Assembly: GCA_965228895.1 (NCBI GenBank)
Contig: OZ245842.1
Coordinates: forward strand, 2,400,001 to 2,464,000
Source of the DNA: Alphaproteobacteria bacterium
GTDB lineage: Bacteria > Pseudomonadota > Alphaproteobacteria > SP197
Length of the DNA stretch: 64,000 nucleotides
Direction: 5' to 3'
Of the stretch, positions 10,945-19,191 are shown one piece after another (the first letter of the stretch is position 1; each line of letters begins with the position of its first letter). The position numbers and the translations under genes were made by a program. Below the pieces are notes generated by a model. That model worked only from the letters and a program-made list of their open reading frames with translations. It searched no databases and was not told the origin of the DNA.

Positions 10945-11096
10945 GAGCGTTTAGCGCCATTTTCTGCACCCGTTCTGACTCATTACCGAGCTGCCGCCGC
11001 AACTTGGCATGCTACCGGAGATGAGCATGTATCAAACGATAGACGTTGCTGAATCGGCGGTGACACTTGCCGTTCGGTTCTGCGCAACACGGTGTC

Positions 11097-11510
11097 ATGA
11101 CACCATCGCATGACGGTGGCTGCCTGTGCGGCGCGATCCGGTATCGGATCGCGTGCGAGCCGCTGTGGATCAATCTCTGTTACTGCCGTAGCTGTCGGCA
11201 AGCATCGGGTTCGCCGATGATGGCCTATGCTCGTGTTCCGGCGACCGGCTTCAGCATCCTCAGGGGCATACCCGCCAGCTTCAAGTCGTCCCCTGCTGTT
11301 ACCCGCTCGTTTTGCGGGCGGTGCGGAACGTCCCTGTTCGTGAACGGTGAACATCTTGCGGAGGACACGGTGGTTGCGGTGGCAACGCTGGACCAACCGG
11401 AACTCTTTCCGCCATCTCTGAACGTCCATACCGCTGACAGGATCTCCTGGATGCTTCCCATGTCCCATCTTGAAGAATGGCGAGGTGACGATGACCGACC
11501 GAAGTCATGA
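11097..11510 (+). CDS. GFA/CENP-V family zinc protein (copy 1)
   Basis: GGCLCGAIRY...CYCRSCR...RSFCGRCGT. Confidence 0.88.
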   Translation: MTPSHDGGCLCGAIRYRIACEPLWINLCYCRSCRQASGSPMMAYARVPATGFSILRGIPASFKSSPAVTRSFCGRCGTSLFVNGEHLAEDTVVAVATLDQPELFPPSLNVHTADRISWMLPMSHLEEWRGDDDRPKS

Positions 11511-11892
11511 AGGCGGCTGCTTATGCGGCGCGATACGCTATCGCATACAAGGAGAGCCGATCGGTGTAGGCCTGTGCTATTGCAGGAGCTGCCAGCGCGC
11601 AACCGGCGGACCGGTTGCCGGGTTCGTCGACCTGCCGCCCGGCGGGTTTGTTTGGACCGCGGGCGAGCCCGTCTTCTATGCCTCCTCACCCGGCGTCAAG
11701 CGCGGCTTCTGTCCGCATTGCGGCACAGCCCTCACGTTCGAAGCCGACGACATCCCCGGCGAAGTGCATCTGCTGTCGGCGACCCTCGACGATCCCGCGC
11801 CTTGGGTTCCGCGCGAAGCCAACACCACCCATAGCGGCGACCGGATCTCGTGGCTGAAACTGAATCTTTCGGGCGACGGGGAGAACGCGTGA
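11491..11892 (+). CDS. GFA/CENP-V family zinc protein (copy 2)
   Basis: GGCLCGAIRY...CYCRSCQ...RGFCPHCGT; GAGG RBS before ATG 11491. Confidence 0.9.
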   Translation: MTDRSHEGGCLCGAIRYRIQGEPIGVGLCYCRSCQRATGGPVAGFVDLPPGGFVWTAGEPVFYASSPGVKRGFCPHCGTALTFEADDIPGEVHLLSATLDDPAPWVPREANTTHSGDRISWLKLNLSGDGENA

Positions 11893-12308
11893 TGGCATCG
11901 GATACCCACGAGGGCGGTTGCCTGTGCGGCGCCATACGCTATCGCATCAGCGGCGAAGCGAAGTTCCGGTCGATGTGCCATTGCCAAAGCTGCCGCCGGG
12001 CGTCCGGCGCACCGGTCGTTGCGTTTGTCGGTGTGTTCGACGATCAGTTCGAGGAACTGAAGGGCGCGCGGACGATCTTTGAATCATCCCCGGGGGTCAA
12101 ACGGGGTTTCTGCAAGACCTGCGGCACATCGTTGACATTCGCCGGCGAAAACTGGCCGGGCGAGGTGCACGTTTTCACGGCGACCCTGGATGACCCCGAG
12201 GCCTTTCCACCGACGGTCCACACCTATTGCCTGGACCGACTGCCGTGGATCGACCCCGATGACGGCCTGCCGCGCCTCGATACGTTCGGTGCCAGCAAGC
12301 AGAACTGA
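11892..12308 (+). CDS. GFA/CENP-V family zinc protein (copy 3)
   Basis: GGCLCGAIRY...CHCQSCRR...RGFCKTCGT; TGATG coupling to copy 2. Confidence 0.9.
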   Translation: MASDTHEGGCLCGAIRYRISGEAKFRSMCHCQSCRRASGAPVVAFVGVFDDQFEELKGARTIFESSPGVKRGFCKTCGTSLTFAGENWPGEVHVFTATLDDPEAFPPTVHTYCLDRLPWIDPDDGLPRLDTFGASKQN

Positions 12309-12311
12309 CGC

Positions 12312-13889
12312 TTAGGCGGAAGCCAGACCCATCTGCTCACGAGTCAGTTCGATCGGAAACTTGGCCCGGATCTGAGCGTCCATGTCGTCACTGATGTGGC
12401 GCGGGAAATGGCTGGTCAGAATCTCTTCCTTGGCCTGGACTGCGCGCTCGACGATGTCCGGCCGCCCTCGCTCGACCCATTCCTTCGGGCTCGTGCGGTC
12501 GCCGATTTCCGGGTAGATGTACTCGCGTTGCATCAGCTCCAGCGTGCGGTTGTGACCGAGATAGTGGCCGGGCCCGCTGAGGCAGACCGAGCGCATGACA
12601 TCAAGCGACACGCTTTCCTCGTTGACCTCGATGCCGCGCACGCACCGCAGGCACTTGCCCAGGATGTCGTTGTCAATGATCAGACTGTCGAGGCAGAAGC
12701 CGAGCAGCGAAGCATGCATGCCCGCGGACTCGTAGACGAGGTTAAGGCCCGACAAGCCGGCCATCACGTTGGTGATGCCCTTTTCGTAACCGGCCTGCAC
12801 ATCCGGCAGTTTGGAGTCACACATGCCTGCGGCCGCGCCGCCGGGAAGATCATAGAACTGCGCCATCTGCGCGCACGCCGCGCTGAGCAGCGCCTGCTCC
12901 GCCGAACCACCGGACATGGCGCCGGTTCTGAGATCCGACACGAACGGCCAGGTCCCGAAGATAGCGGGCGCGCCCGGCTTGATCGCGTTGACATAGCACA
13001 GGCCGCCGAGCACTTCCGCGACCGCCTGCACGACGGCACCGGCGAGCGCCGCCGGCGATGTCGCGCCGGCTTGCCCCGCCGACAGCAACAGCACGGGCAT
13101 GCCGTTTCTGACACACGCCTCGAGCACGCGGCAGGCGTCCTCGGCGAACTTCATCGGCGGCACGACGTGGCAGTTGGAGTTGGAGACGAACGGGCGTTGG
13201 CGCCACGCCTTCTCACCACCGGCGACGTGATGCAGAAGCTCGAACACCATCTCCATGTTCTCGCCCAGCGTGAAGCTGCAGCCGACATGTTTGGTGGTGC
13301 CGGCGATCGGACCGTAGAGCGTGTTGATATCGAGCACCTGCAGATCCAACACGTCGGTCGGCGTCAGCGGCCGCTGGAAGAAGTGGATGTTGTCCATCAC
13401 ATCGACAATGCGCGCGGCCTGATAGAGATCCTCGACCGTCGCGTTGCGATAGGTGCGTTCCAGCGGATCGATGACCTGGGTCGCGGCACCCGCCGTGCCG
13501 TAATAGACGCGCTTGCCGCCGACCTCCATGTCGTGCCTGGACTCCTGGCCATAGAGTACGAGATCACGGTTGGCATTGGCGATGGTGTCCTCGACCAACG
13601 CGCGCGGGAACTTCAGCCGGCCGTCATCGCCCAGCACCGCACCGGCCGCCGTACACACCTCGACGCACGACGGAATCGGGTCGGCCAGGCCGATTTCTTC
13701 CAGTGCCTGAAGTGCCGTTTCGTTGATGCGCTGAATGCCGTCATCGGCCAGCGGTTTGAACGTGCCGCCTTCGAGGCCAGGCCGGACCGGCTTGACATCT
13801 TCGGCCAGCGGCGCGGCGCGCATGGCCACACGGGCCTGACGCCCGCCGCGGCGGCGGCCGCGTGGGTTTTCTTCTTGAGCGGACGTCAT
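12312..13889 (-). CDS. Trimethylamine methyltransferase (MttB) superfamily protein, non-pyrrolysine
   Basis: Arg-rich N-terminus, GATSPAALAG, SDLRTGA, AGMCDSKLPDVQAGYEK, GPGHYLG; no in-frame amber codon. Confidence 0.92.
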   Translation of the reverse strand: MTSAQEENPRGRRRGGRQARVAMRAAPLAEDVKPVRPGLEGGTFKPLADDGIQRINETALQALEEIGLADPIPSCVEVCTAAGAVLGDDGRLKFPRALVEDTIANANRDLVLYGQESRHDMEVGGKRVYYGTAGAATQVIDPLERTYRNATVEDLYQAARIVDVMDNIHFFQRPLTPTDVLDLQVLDINTLYGPIAGTTKHVGCSFTLGENMEMVFELLHHVAGGEKAWRQRPFVSNSNCHVVPPMKFAEDACRVLEACVRNGMPVLLLSAGQAGATSPAALAGAVVQAVAEVLGGLCYVNAIKPGAPAIFGTWPFVSDLRTGAMSGGSAEQALLSAACAQMAQFYDLPGGAAAGMCDSKLPDVQAGYEKGITNVMAGLSGLNLVYESAGMHASLLGFCLDSLIIDNDILGKCLRCVRGIEVNEESVSLDVMRSVCLSGPGHYLGHNRTLELMQREYIYPEIGDRTSPKEWVERGRPDIVERAVQAKEEILTSHFPRHISDDMDAQIRAKFPIELTREQMGLASA

Positions 13890-14009
13890 GCCGGCGGCTC
13901 CATATGGCTAGACAACGTGGCCCCTGCCCCCGCCACAGGGCGTGCGAATCGCTTTCGCACGCCGGATCATGGCGCGACCGCACGCCTCACGCAATAATGG
14001 AAATGACGT

Positions 14010-15728
14010 CTAGATCTCGCTGTAGACGTGGGTCTCCGCTTTGCCGCCCGGATGGGTCACGGCGCCATAGCGCGCGGGACCGACGGTCTGGGCGAACTTC
14101 CAGATCGTGCCCGCGTTAAAGTCGGTCGTGCGCGGGCTCCATGCCTTCCGGCGGTCAGCCATCTCGGCGTCGGAAACATCGACGTCCAGGGTCCCCTTCA
14201 CAGCATCGATGGTGATCATGTCGCCGTCCTTCAACAGGCCGATGGGCCCGCCGACAGCGGCCTCCGGACCGATATGGCCGACCGAGAATCCTCGCGTGCC
14301 ACCAGAGAAGCGCCCATCGGTCAGCAAGGCCACCTTCTGGCCCATACCCTGTCCGGCGATGGCGCCGGTTGTCGCCAGCATCTCGCGCATACCCGGTCCG
14401 CCCTTGGGACCTTCATAACGAATCACGAGCACTTCGCCTTCCTTGTAGTTCCGATCGAGAACAGCCTGGTGGCATTCCTCTTCGGAATCGAAACACCGGG
14501 CCGGACCGGTGAACTCCAGGCGCTGCATGCCGGCGATCTTCACGATGGCGCCGTCAGGCGCCAGGTTGCCCTTCAGGCCGACCACGCCACCGGTCTCCGA
14601 CAACGGATTGGAGGTCGGGTAGATGACGTCCTGATTATCGGGCACGACGACATCGCTATGATTCTCTTCCAGCGTCTTGCCCGTCACGGTGATGGTATCG
14701 CCGTGCAGGTAACCCCCATCCAACAGCGCCTTGATCAAGATCGGAACGCCGCCGACGTCGTAAAGATCCTTGGCGACGTACTTGCCGCCCGGTTTCATGT
14801 CGGCGATGTAAGGTGTCTTGCGGAAGATCTCGCAGACTTCCTCAAGGCTGAAGTCGATGCCGGCTTCGTTGGCGATAGCCGGCAGGTGCAGACCCGCGTT
14901 GGTTGAACCGCCGGACGCGGCAACGACCATGGCAGCATTCTCCAACGATTTCCGCGTCACGATGTCGCGCGGTTTCAGTCCCATCTCAATCAACTTCATG
15001 ACCTGCTCGCCGCTTTGCTCGGCGAAGCTGTCGCGACTCTCGTAAGGTGCCGGTGTCATCGCGGAGTTCGGTAAGGCAAGCCCGATCGCCTCGGACACCG
15101 TCGCCATGGTGTTGGCCGTGAACTGACCGCCGCATGAACCGCCGGATGGGCAAGCAACGTGTTCCAGCTCGTGGAGATCGCCATCCGACATGTTGCCGGC
15201 GGCATGGCTGCCAACGCCTTCGAACACGTCGACGATCGTCACATCTTTGCCCTTGAACCTGCCGGGCATGATCGAGCCGCCATACAAGAAGACGGACGGC
15301 ACATTCAGCCGCACCATCGCCATCATCATGCCCGGCAGCGACTTGTCGCAACCGGCCAGCCCGACCAGCCCGTCATAGCAGTGGCCGCGGACCGTCAATT
15401 CGACGGAATCGGCGATCACCTCACGGCTGACCAGGGACGCTTTCATGCCGGCATGTCCCATCGCAATGCCGTCGGTCACGGTGATCGTGGTGAACTCGCG
15501 TGGCGTGCCGCCGGCTGACTTCACACCTTTCTTTGTCGCCTGGGCCTGGCGCATCAGGGTGATGTTGCACGGTGCGGCCTCGTTCCAGGTCGTGGCGACG
15601 CCGACGAAGGGTTGCGCGACGTCCTCGTCGGTCATGCCCATGGCGTAATAGAAGGCGCGATGCGGCGCGCTGGTCGGGCCGACCGAGACATGGCGGCTCG
15701 GCAAGTTCGATTTGTCCCATCGGGTCAT
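14010..15728 (-). CDS. ilvD: Dihydroxy-acid dehydratase
   Basis: [53 protein letters not shown]. Confidence 0.97.
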   Translation of the reverse strand: MTRWDKSNLPSRHVSVGPTSAPHRAFYYAMGMTDEDVAQPFVGVATTWNEAAPCNITLMRQAQATKKGVKSAGGTPREFTTITVTDGIAMGHAGMKASLVSREVIADSVELTVRGHCYDGLVGLAGCDKSLPGMMMAMVRLNVPSVFLYGGSIMPGRFKGKDVTIVDVFEGVGSHAAGNMSDGDLHELEHVACPSGGSCGGQFTANTMATVSEAIGLALPNSAMTPAPYESRDSFAEQSGEQVMKLIEMGLKPRDIVTRKSLENAAMVVAASGGSTNAGLHLPAIANEAGIDFSLEEVCEIFRKTPYIADMKPGGKYVAKDLYDVGGVPILIKALLDGGYLHGDTITVTGKTLEENHSDVVVPDNQDVIYPTSNPLSETGGVVGLKGNLAPDGAIVKIAGMQRLEFTGPARCFDSEEECHQAVLDRNYKEGEVLVIRYEGPKGGPGMREMLATTGAIAGQGMGQKVALLTDGRFSGGTRGFSVGHIGPEAAVGGPIGLLKDGDMITIDAVKGTLDVDVSDAEMADRRKAWSPRTTDFNAGTIWKFAQTVGPARYGAVTHPGGKAETHVYSEI

Positions 15729-15793
15729 GGGTGCATTTCTCCCAAGTGTTCTTCGCTAGGTTGCGCGGAGAATAGGGCCGCGCGGGCTTCGTG

Positions 15794-16717
15794 TCAGCCG
15801 GCAAGACGCGCGCTGAGGGCCCGGATGTGGTCGGCGCCGGTTCCGCAGCAACCGCCAACGATGGTGACGCCGTGGTTTGCCACCCAATCGGCCGCGATCT
15901 CGGCATAGGCATCCGGCGTCACGACCCGTGAGAAATCCCAGTCGGGATTGGTGAACTTGCCAGTTTCGGCATAGGCCATCAGAGGCCCCGCCCAGCTTTC
16001 CCGCAGCATGTCGAGCGCCGGTGCGGTCGCCTCGATCTCGCTATGCATGATGCCCGCGGCCTGACCGCCATAGGCCAGGGCATTTTTCACCACCGGACCA
16101 AAATCACCTGGCGGCATGTCGGCGAAATCAATCTCCGCGTGGTAGGCCGTGACGTCGCCCTTGGCGTCGGTCGCTGCGCTGAAGCCAATCCACACGGGCA
16201 AGCCGGTCTCCTTGGCCGCCTCCATCACCAGGTTTGTGTTTTCCGTATCGATCATCATCTCGGCGAGGATCAGATCGCAGCCCGCTTCGGCCAGGACACC
16301 CGCCTGCTGGCGATAGCTGTCGCGGGCATCGGGTCCGGTGGCGGTGACAGAAATGTGCTCCAGGCTCGGCATACTGGACATGGAGCCGGCGATCCAGACG
16401 TCGCCGGACGCTACATTGTCGCGCGCCTGTCGGGCCAGCACGATGGCGTCATGGTTGATCTGGATCGCCTCATCACGCTTGTCGACACCCGCCAGAACAT
16501 GGGGCGCGGCGGCGAACGAGTTGGCTGTGATGATCTCCGCGCCCGCCTTGATATAGTCCTCGTGGACCTCGCGCACCAGATCCGCGTTGACGACATGGGC
16601 GATGCCGCTCCACACCTCGCCGTTCATGGCAAGACCTTTGCGTTCCATCTCCGTGCTGACGCCGCCATCCATGATGACGGTTCTGCCGTTTGCCAGTCTT
16701 TCGTCCAAGCTCGCCAT
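15794..16717 (-). CDS. Homocysteine S-methyltransferase family protein
   Basis: IMDGGVSTE, VHEDYIKAGA, IVGGCCGT; GGAGGA RBS before ATG 16717. Confidence 0.9.
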   Translation of the reverse strand: MASLDERLANGRTVIMDGGVSTEMERKGLAMNGEVWSGIAHVVNADLVREVHEDYIKAGAEIITANSFAAAPHVLAGVDKRDEAIQINHDAIVLARQARDNVASGDVWIAGSMSSMPSLEHISVTATGPDARDSYRQQAGVLAEAGCDLILAEMMIDTENTNLVMEAAKETGLPVWIGFSAATDAKGDVTAYHAEIDFADMPPGDFGPVVKNALAYGGQAAGIMHSEIEATAPALDMLRESWAGPLMAYAETGKFTNPDWDFSRVVTPDAYAEIAADWVANHGVTIVGGCCGTGADHIRALSARLAG

Positions 16718-16822
16718 ATCGTCCTCCGGTTCACATCGTTGGGCGCCGACAATAACCGTGCGCATCGCCGTCAGCTAGTATAGGCAGGCTGACCCGTCGC
16801 AAAGCAATCTCAGACAAACTGC

Positions 16823-17752
16823 ATGCAACGATCGACCGAGTTGGTCCCTGCCCTTGCCGTCGCCGTGGCCGCCGCGGCCTGGGGTATCTATTGGCTGCCC
16901 CAACGTGCCCTGGAAGATGCGGGTCTGACCGGCGGTTGGGCGACGCTCGGTCAATACCTCGTGCCTTTGGCGCTTATGGCGCCCATCGCGCTCATGCGCC
17001 GGCATCAGGGCAAATCGACCGGCGTTGATATGGTCCTTATCGGCGTTCTGACCGGTGGCGCGATCGCGTGCTATGCCAACAGTTTCCTGTTGACCGATGT
17101 GGTCCGCGCGCTGCTGCTGTTTTACATCACACCGGTCTGGGGCACGTTGATCGAGTGCGCGGTCCACCGCCACCCGCCAAGCCGGGCTCGCTGGATCGCC
17201 CTTGTCCTGGCGCTTGCGGGGCTGTGGGTCGTGTTTGCCGAAGAAAGCGGTATCCCCTGGCCGCAGAATGCCGGCGACTGGCTGGCTTTGACCGGCGGGC
17301 TGATGATTGCTGCCGGTGCGGCGCGCCTGAACGCCGTCAAGCCGGCGGGCATGTTCCCGCAGTTGTTTGCCTATTTTCTCTACGGCTCCGTCGTCGCCGC
17401 CATCCTGGCCTGGCTCCTCAGCGAACATCTGGGCGCGACACCGTCCGGCGAGACCATGGTCGGCGTGTTGCCGTGGCTAATCTTGCTTGCGCTCATCTTC
17501 CTTATCCCGTCGAACGCCATCCTGCTGTGGGGCGCGACCCGGATTCCCCCCGGCATGTTCGGCATCCTGATCCTGTCGGAGATCATCGTCGGCATGGCCA
17601 GTGCGGCGCTATGGGCAGGCGAAGCGTTCGGCTGGCGCGAGATCGTCGGCGGCGCGATGATCCTTGCCGCCGGCACGCTTGAGATCATGTGGGATCGTGG
17701 TCGAGGCGGCCAAGACAGTCGATCGCCGCACCCCGGGGTGGGCCTGCGCTGA
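16823..17752 (+). CDS. DMT/EamA family transporter
   Basis: About 10 hydrophobic helices, LLLFYITPVWG and WAGEAFGWREIVGGAMIL EamA repeats. Confidence 0.88.
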   Translation: MQRSTELVPALAVAVAAAAWGIYWLPQRALEDAGLTGGWATLGQYLVPLALMAPIALMRRHQGKSTGVDMVLIGVLTGGAIACYANSFLLTDVVRALLLFYITPVWGTLIECAVHRHPPSRARWIALVLALAGLWVVFAEESGIPWPQNAGDWLALTGGLMIAAGAARLNAVKPAGMFPQLFAYFLYGSVVAAILAWLLSEHLGATPSGETMVGVLPWLILLALIFLIPSNAILLWGATRIPPGMFGILILSEIIVGMASAALWAGEAFGWREIVGGAMILAAGTLEIMWDRGRGGQDSRSPHPGVGLR

Positions 17753-18299
17753 TATCCCCGACGGTGGACGGACAGGCCGAACAGATAAGAACGACATCCA
17801 TCTCGGCTTGCAGCTCAACATAATCGCCAGGCTCGGCCGCAGACGGTTCATCGGACAGCGATCCGTCCGGCGCCACCAATGCGTGCTCAAACAGGTTCCA
17901 GGGACACGGCACCTCAGTCAGTGCGACACCGCGCATGGCCATGGCGGCTTTCAGGTTGTCCTCACAATTGGGATGGGTGGTGGACGCCCCGTAGAACACA
18001 TTGCCGGGCGCACTGCACGCGGCATGCAGCGTGTCGTGAATGCCCGGCGACGTATCATCAATGATGGTCAAGATAGGACGGAACTGGTTGGTGACGAGCG
18101 TGTCGCCGGGTTTGAACAGGATGCGATAGGTCGCCGACCGGCTGTGCTCCATCGACAAATGTTCGTTGAAATCGTCTGCCGCAAAGGCCCAGGTATCGAC
18201 GACCTGATGGCCTTCAACATTGACGACACGCACCCGTTCGCCGCGATCCAAGGCGATCGCGCGCGCCGCGCCGGCAGGAAGATTTATTCGCTCGACCAT
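17685..18299 (-). CDS. DUF1989 / urea-carboxylase-associated family protein
   Basis: GHQVVDTWAF, HDTLHAAC, HPNCEDNL, PWNLF, PGDYVEL.AEMD...CSACP. Confidence 0.88.
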   Translation of the reverse strand: MVERINLPAGAARAIALDRGERVRVVNVEGHQVVDTWAFAADDFNEHLSMEHSRSATYRILFKPGDTLVTNQFRPILTIIDDTSPGIHDTLHAACSAPGNVFYGASTTHPNCEDNLKAAMAMRGVALTEVPCPWNLFEHALVAPDGSLSDEPSAAEPGDYVELQAEMDVVLICSACPSTVGDISAGPPRGAAIDCLGRLDHDPT

Positions 18300-18350
18300 G
18301 GCCCAACTGTGACATGGGCTCGGCTCTACAGAAAGACGTTTGGCCGATCG

Positions 18351-19076
18351 TCAGGCGGCCACGTTCGCCTTTGTCCAGCCAACCCAGTGATCGACAAACC
18401 GTTCGGACCAATTCTGGATCGACGCTTCATAAACCGGCGCAAGGCGCACCTGCTCATGGGCGCTTTGGACACCGAGCCTGGCCAGATACGGTTCGTCGGC
18501 AAGGGCTTCGTGGGTCACCGATGACAGCTTGTAGTCCGGGTGAAACTGCAGGCCATAGGCGCGCTCACCGACGCGAAAAGCCTGCACGGGGAACTGATGG
18601 CCGCGCGCCAGCAAGGTGGCGTCATCGGGCAGCGCGAAGACGCCTTCGAAATGCGCCTGATAGAAATGGCTGGTGCCGGCGAACAGGTCGACCCCTTCCG
18701 GCGTCGCCTCGATCGGATAGAAGCCCAGCTCGGTCAGTCCATCCGGGCGCGCCATGACAGTGCCGCCAAACGCAGCCGCCAGAAGCTGCGAACCCATACA
18801 GATGCCGAGGAAGGGCATGCCGGCCTCAACGGCCTCGCGAATGAAAGCGAGTTCGCTTGCGACCCAGGGATGGCGATGGGGTTCGCCCGCGTGTCCCTCC
18901 TCGCTACCACCAACAATCATGGCCGCATAGCCGTCGGTCACCGTCGGTAGCGGATCGCCATGTGGATGGCAGAGATACTCGATGTCGCATCCACGCGCGC
19001 GTAGGACATCGGCGATACGGCAATCGGTCCAAGCGGGATTGTGGATGAGATAGAGGATTCGGCGTTTGGCAGACAT
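18351..19076 (-). CDS. Class I glutamine amidotransferase-like protein
   Basis: PFLGICMGSQLLA nucleophile elbow; YGLQFHPD. Confidence 0.88.
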   Translation of the reverse strand: MSAKRRILYLIHNPAWTDCRIADVLRARGCDIEYLCHPHGDPLPTVTDGYAAMIVGGSEEGHAGEPHRHPWVASELAFIREAVEAGMPFLGICMGSQLLAAAFGGTVMARPDGLTELGFYPIEATPEGVDLFAGTSHFYQAHFEGVFALPDDATLLARGHQFPVQAFRVGERAYGLQFHPDYKLSSVTHEALADEPYLARLGVQSAHEQVRLAPVYEASIQNWSERFVDHWVGWTKANVAA

Positions 19077-19164
19077 GATCCACCCGGTCTCGGTCGTTCA
19101 GGGTATGGCAGTCAGCCTAACCGTGCGGTTGCATGAATCCAGTTTCTAATTCTAAGCGATCCAC

Positions 19165-19177
19165 TGAATCGAATTCA
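19165..19177. promoter_or_regulatory. Candidate LysR-type T-N11-A operator upstream of the amidotransferase gene
   Basis: TGAA-TCGAA-TTCA dyad in an AT-rich intergenic region about 90 bp upstream of ATG 19076. Confidence 0.45.
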
Positions 19178-19191
19178 CCTTCAAAAGGACA

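Noticed and set aside
11097-11945. CRISPR-like or tandem DNA repeat (recurring GGCTGC/CTGTGCGGCGCGAT-type sequence)
   Set aside because: The recurrence is explained by the conserved GGCLCGAIRY N-termini of three paralogous genes.
12312-13889. Pyrrolysine read-through in MttB
   Set aside because: The ORF is full length with no in-frame TAG, and no pyl genes are present.
12396-13997. Long antisense ORFs (also 20824-22374, 52242-53828, 40907-42070, 48518-49732 and others)
   Set aside because: Shadow ORFs expected opposite GC3-rich genes; no recognisable motifs or RBS.
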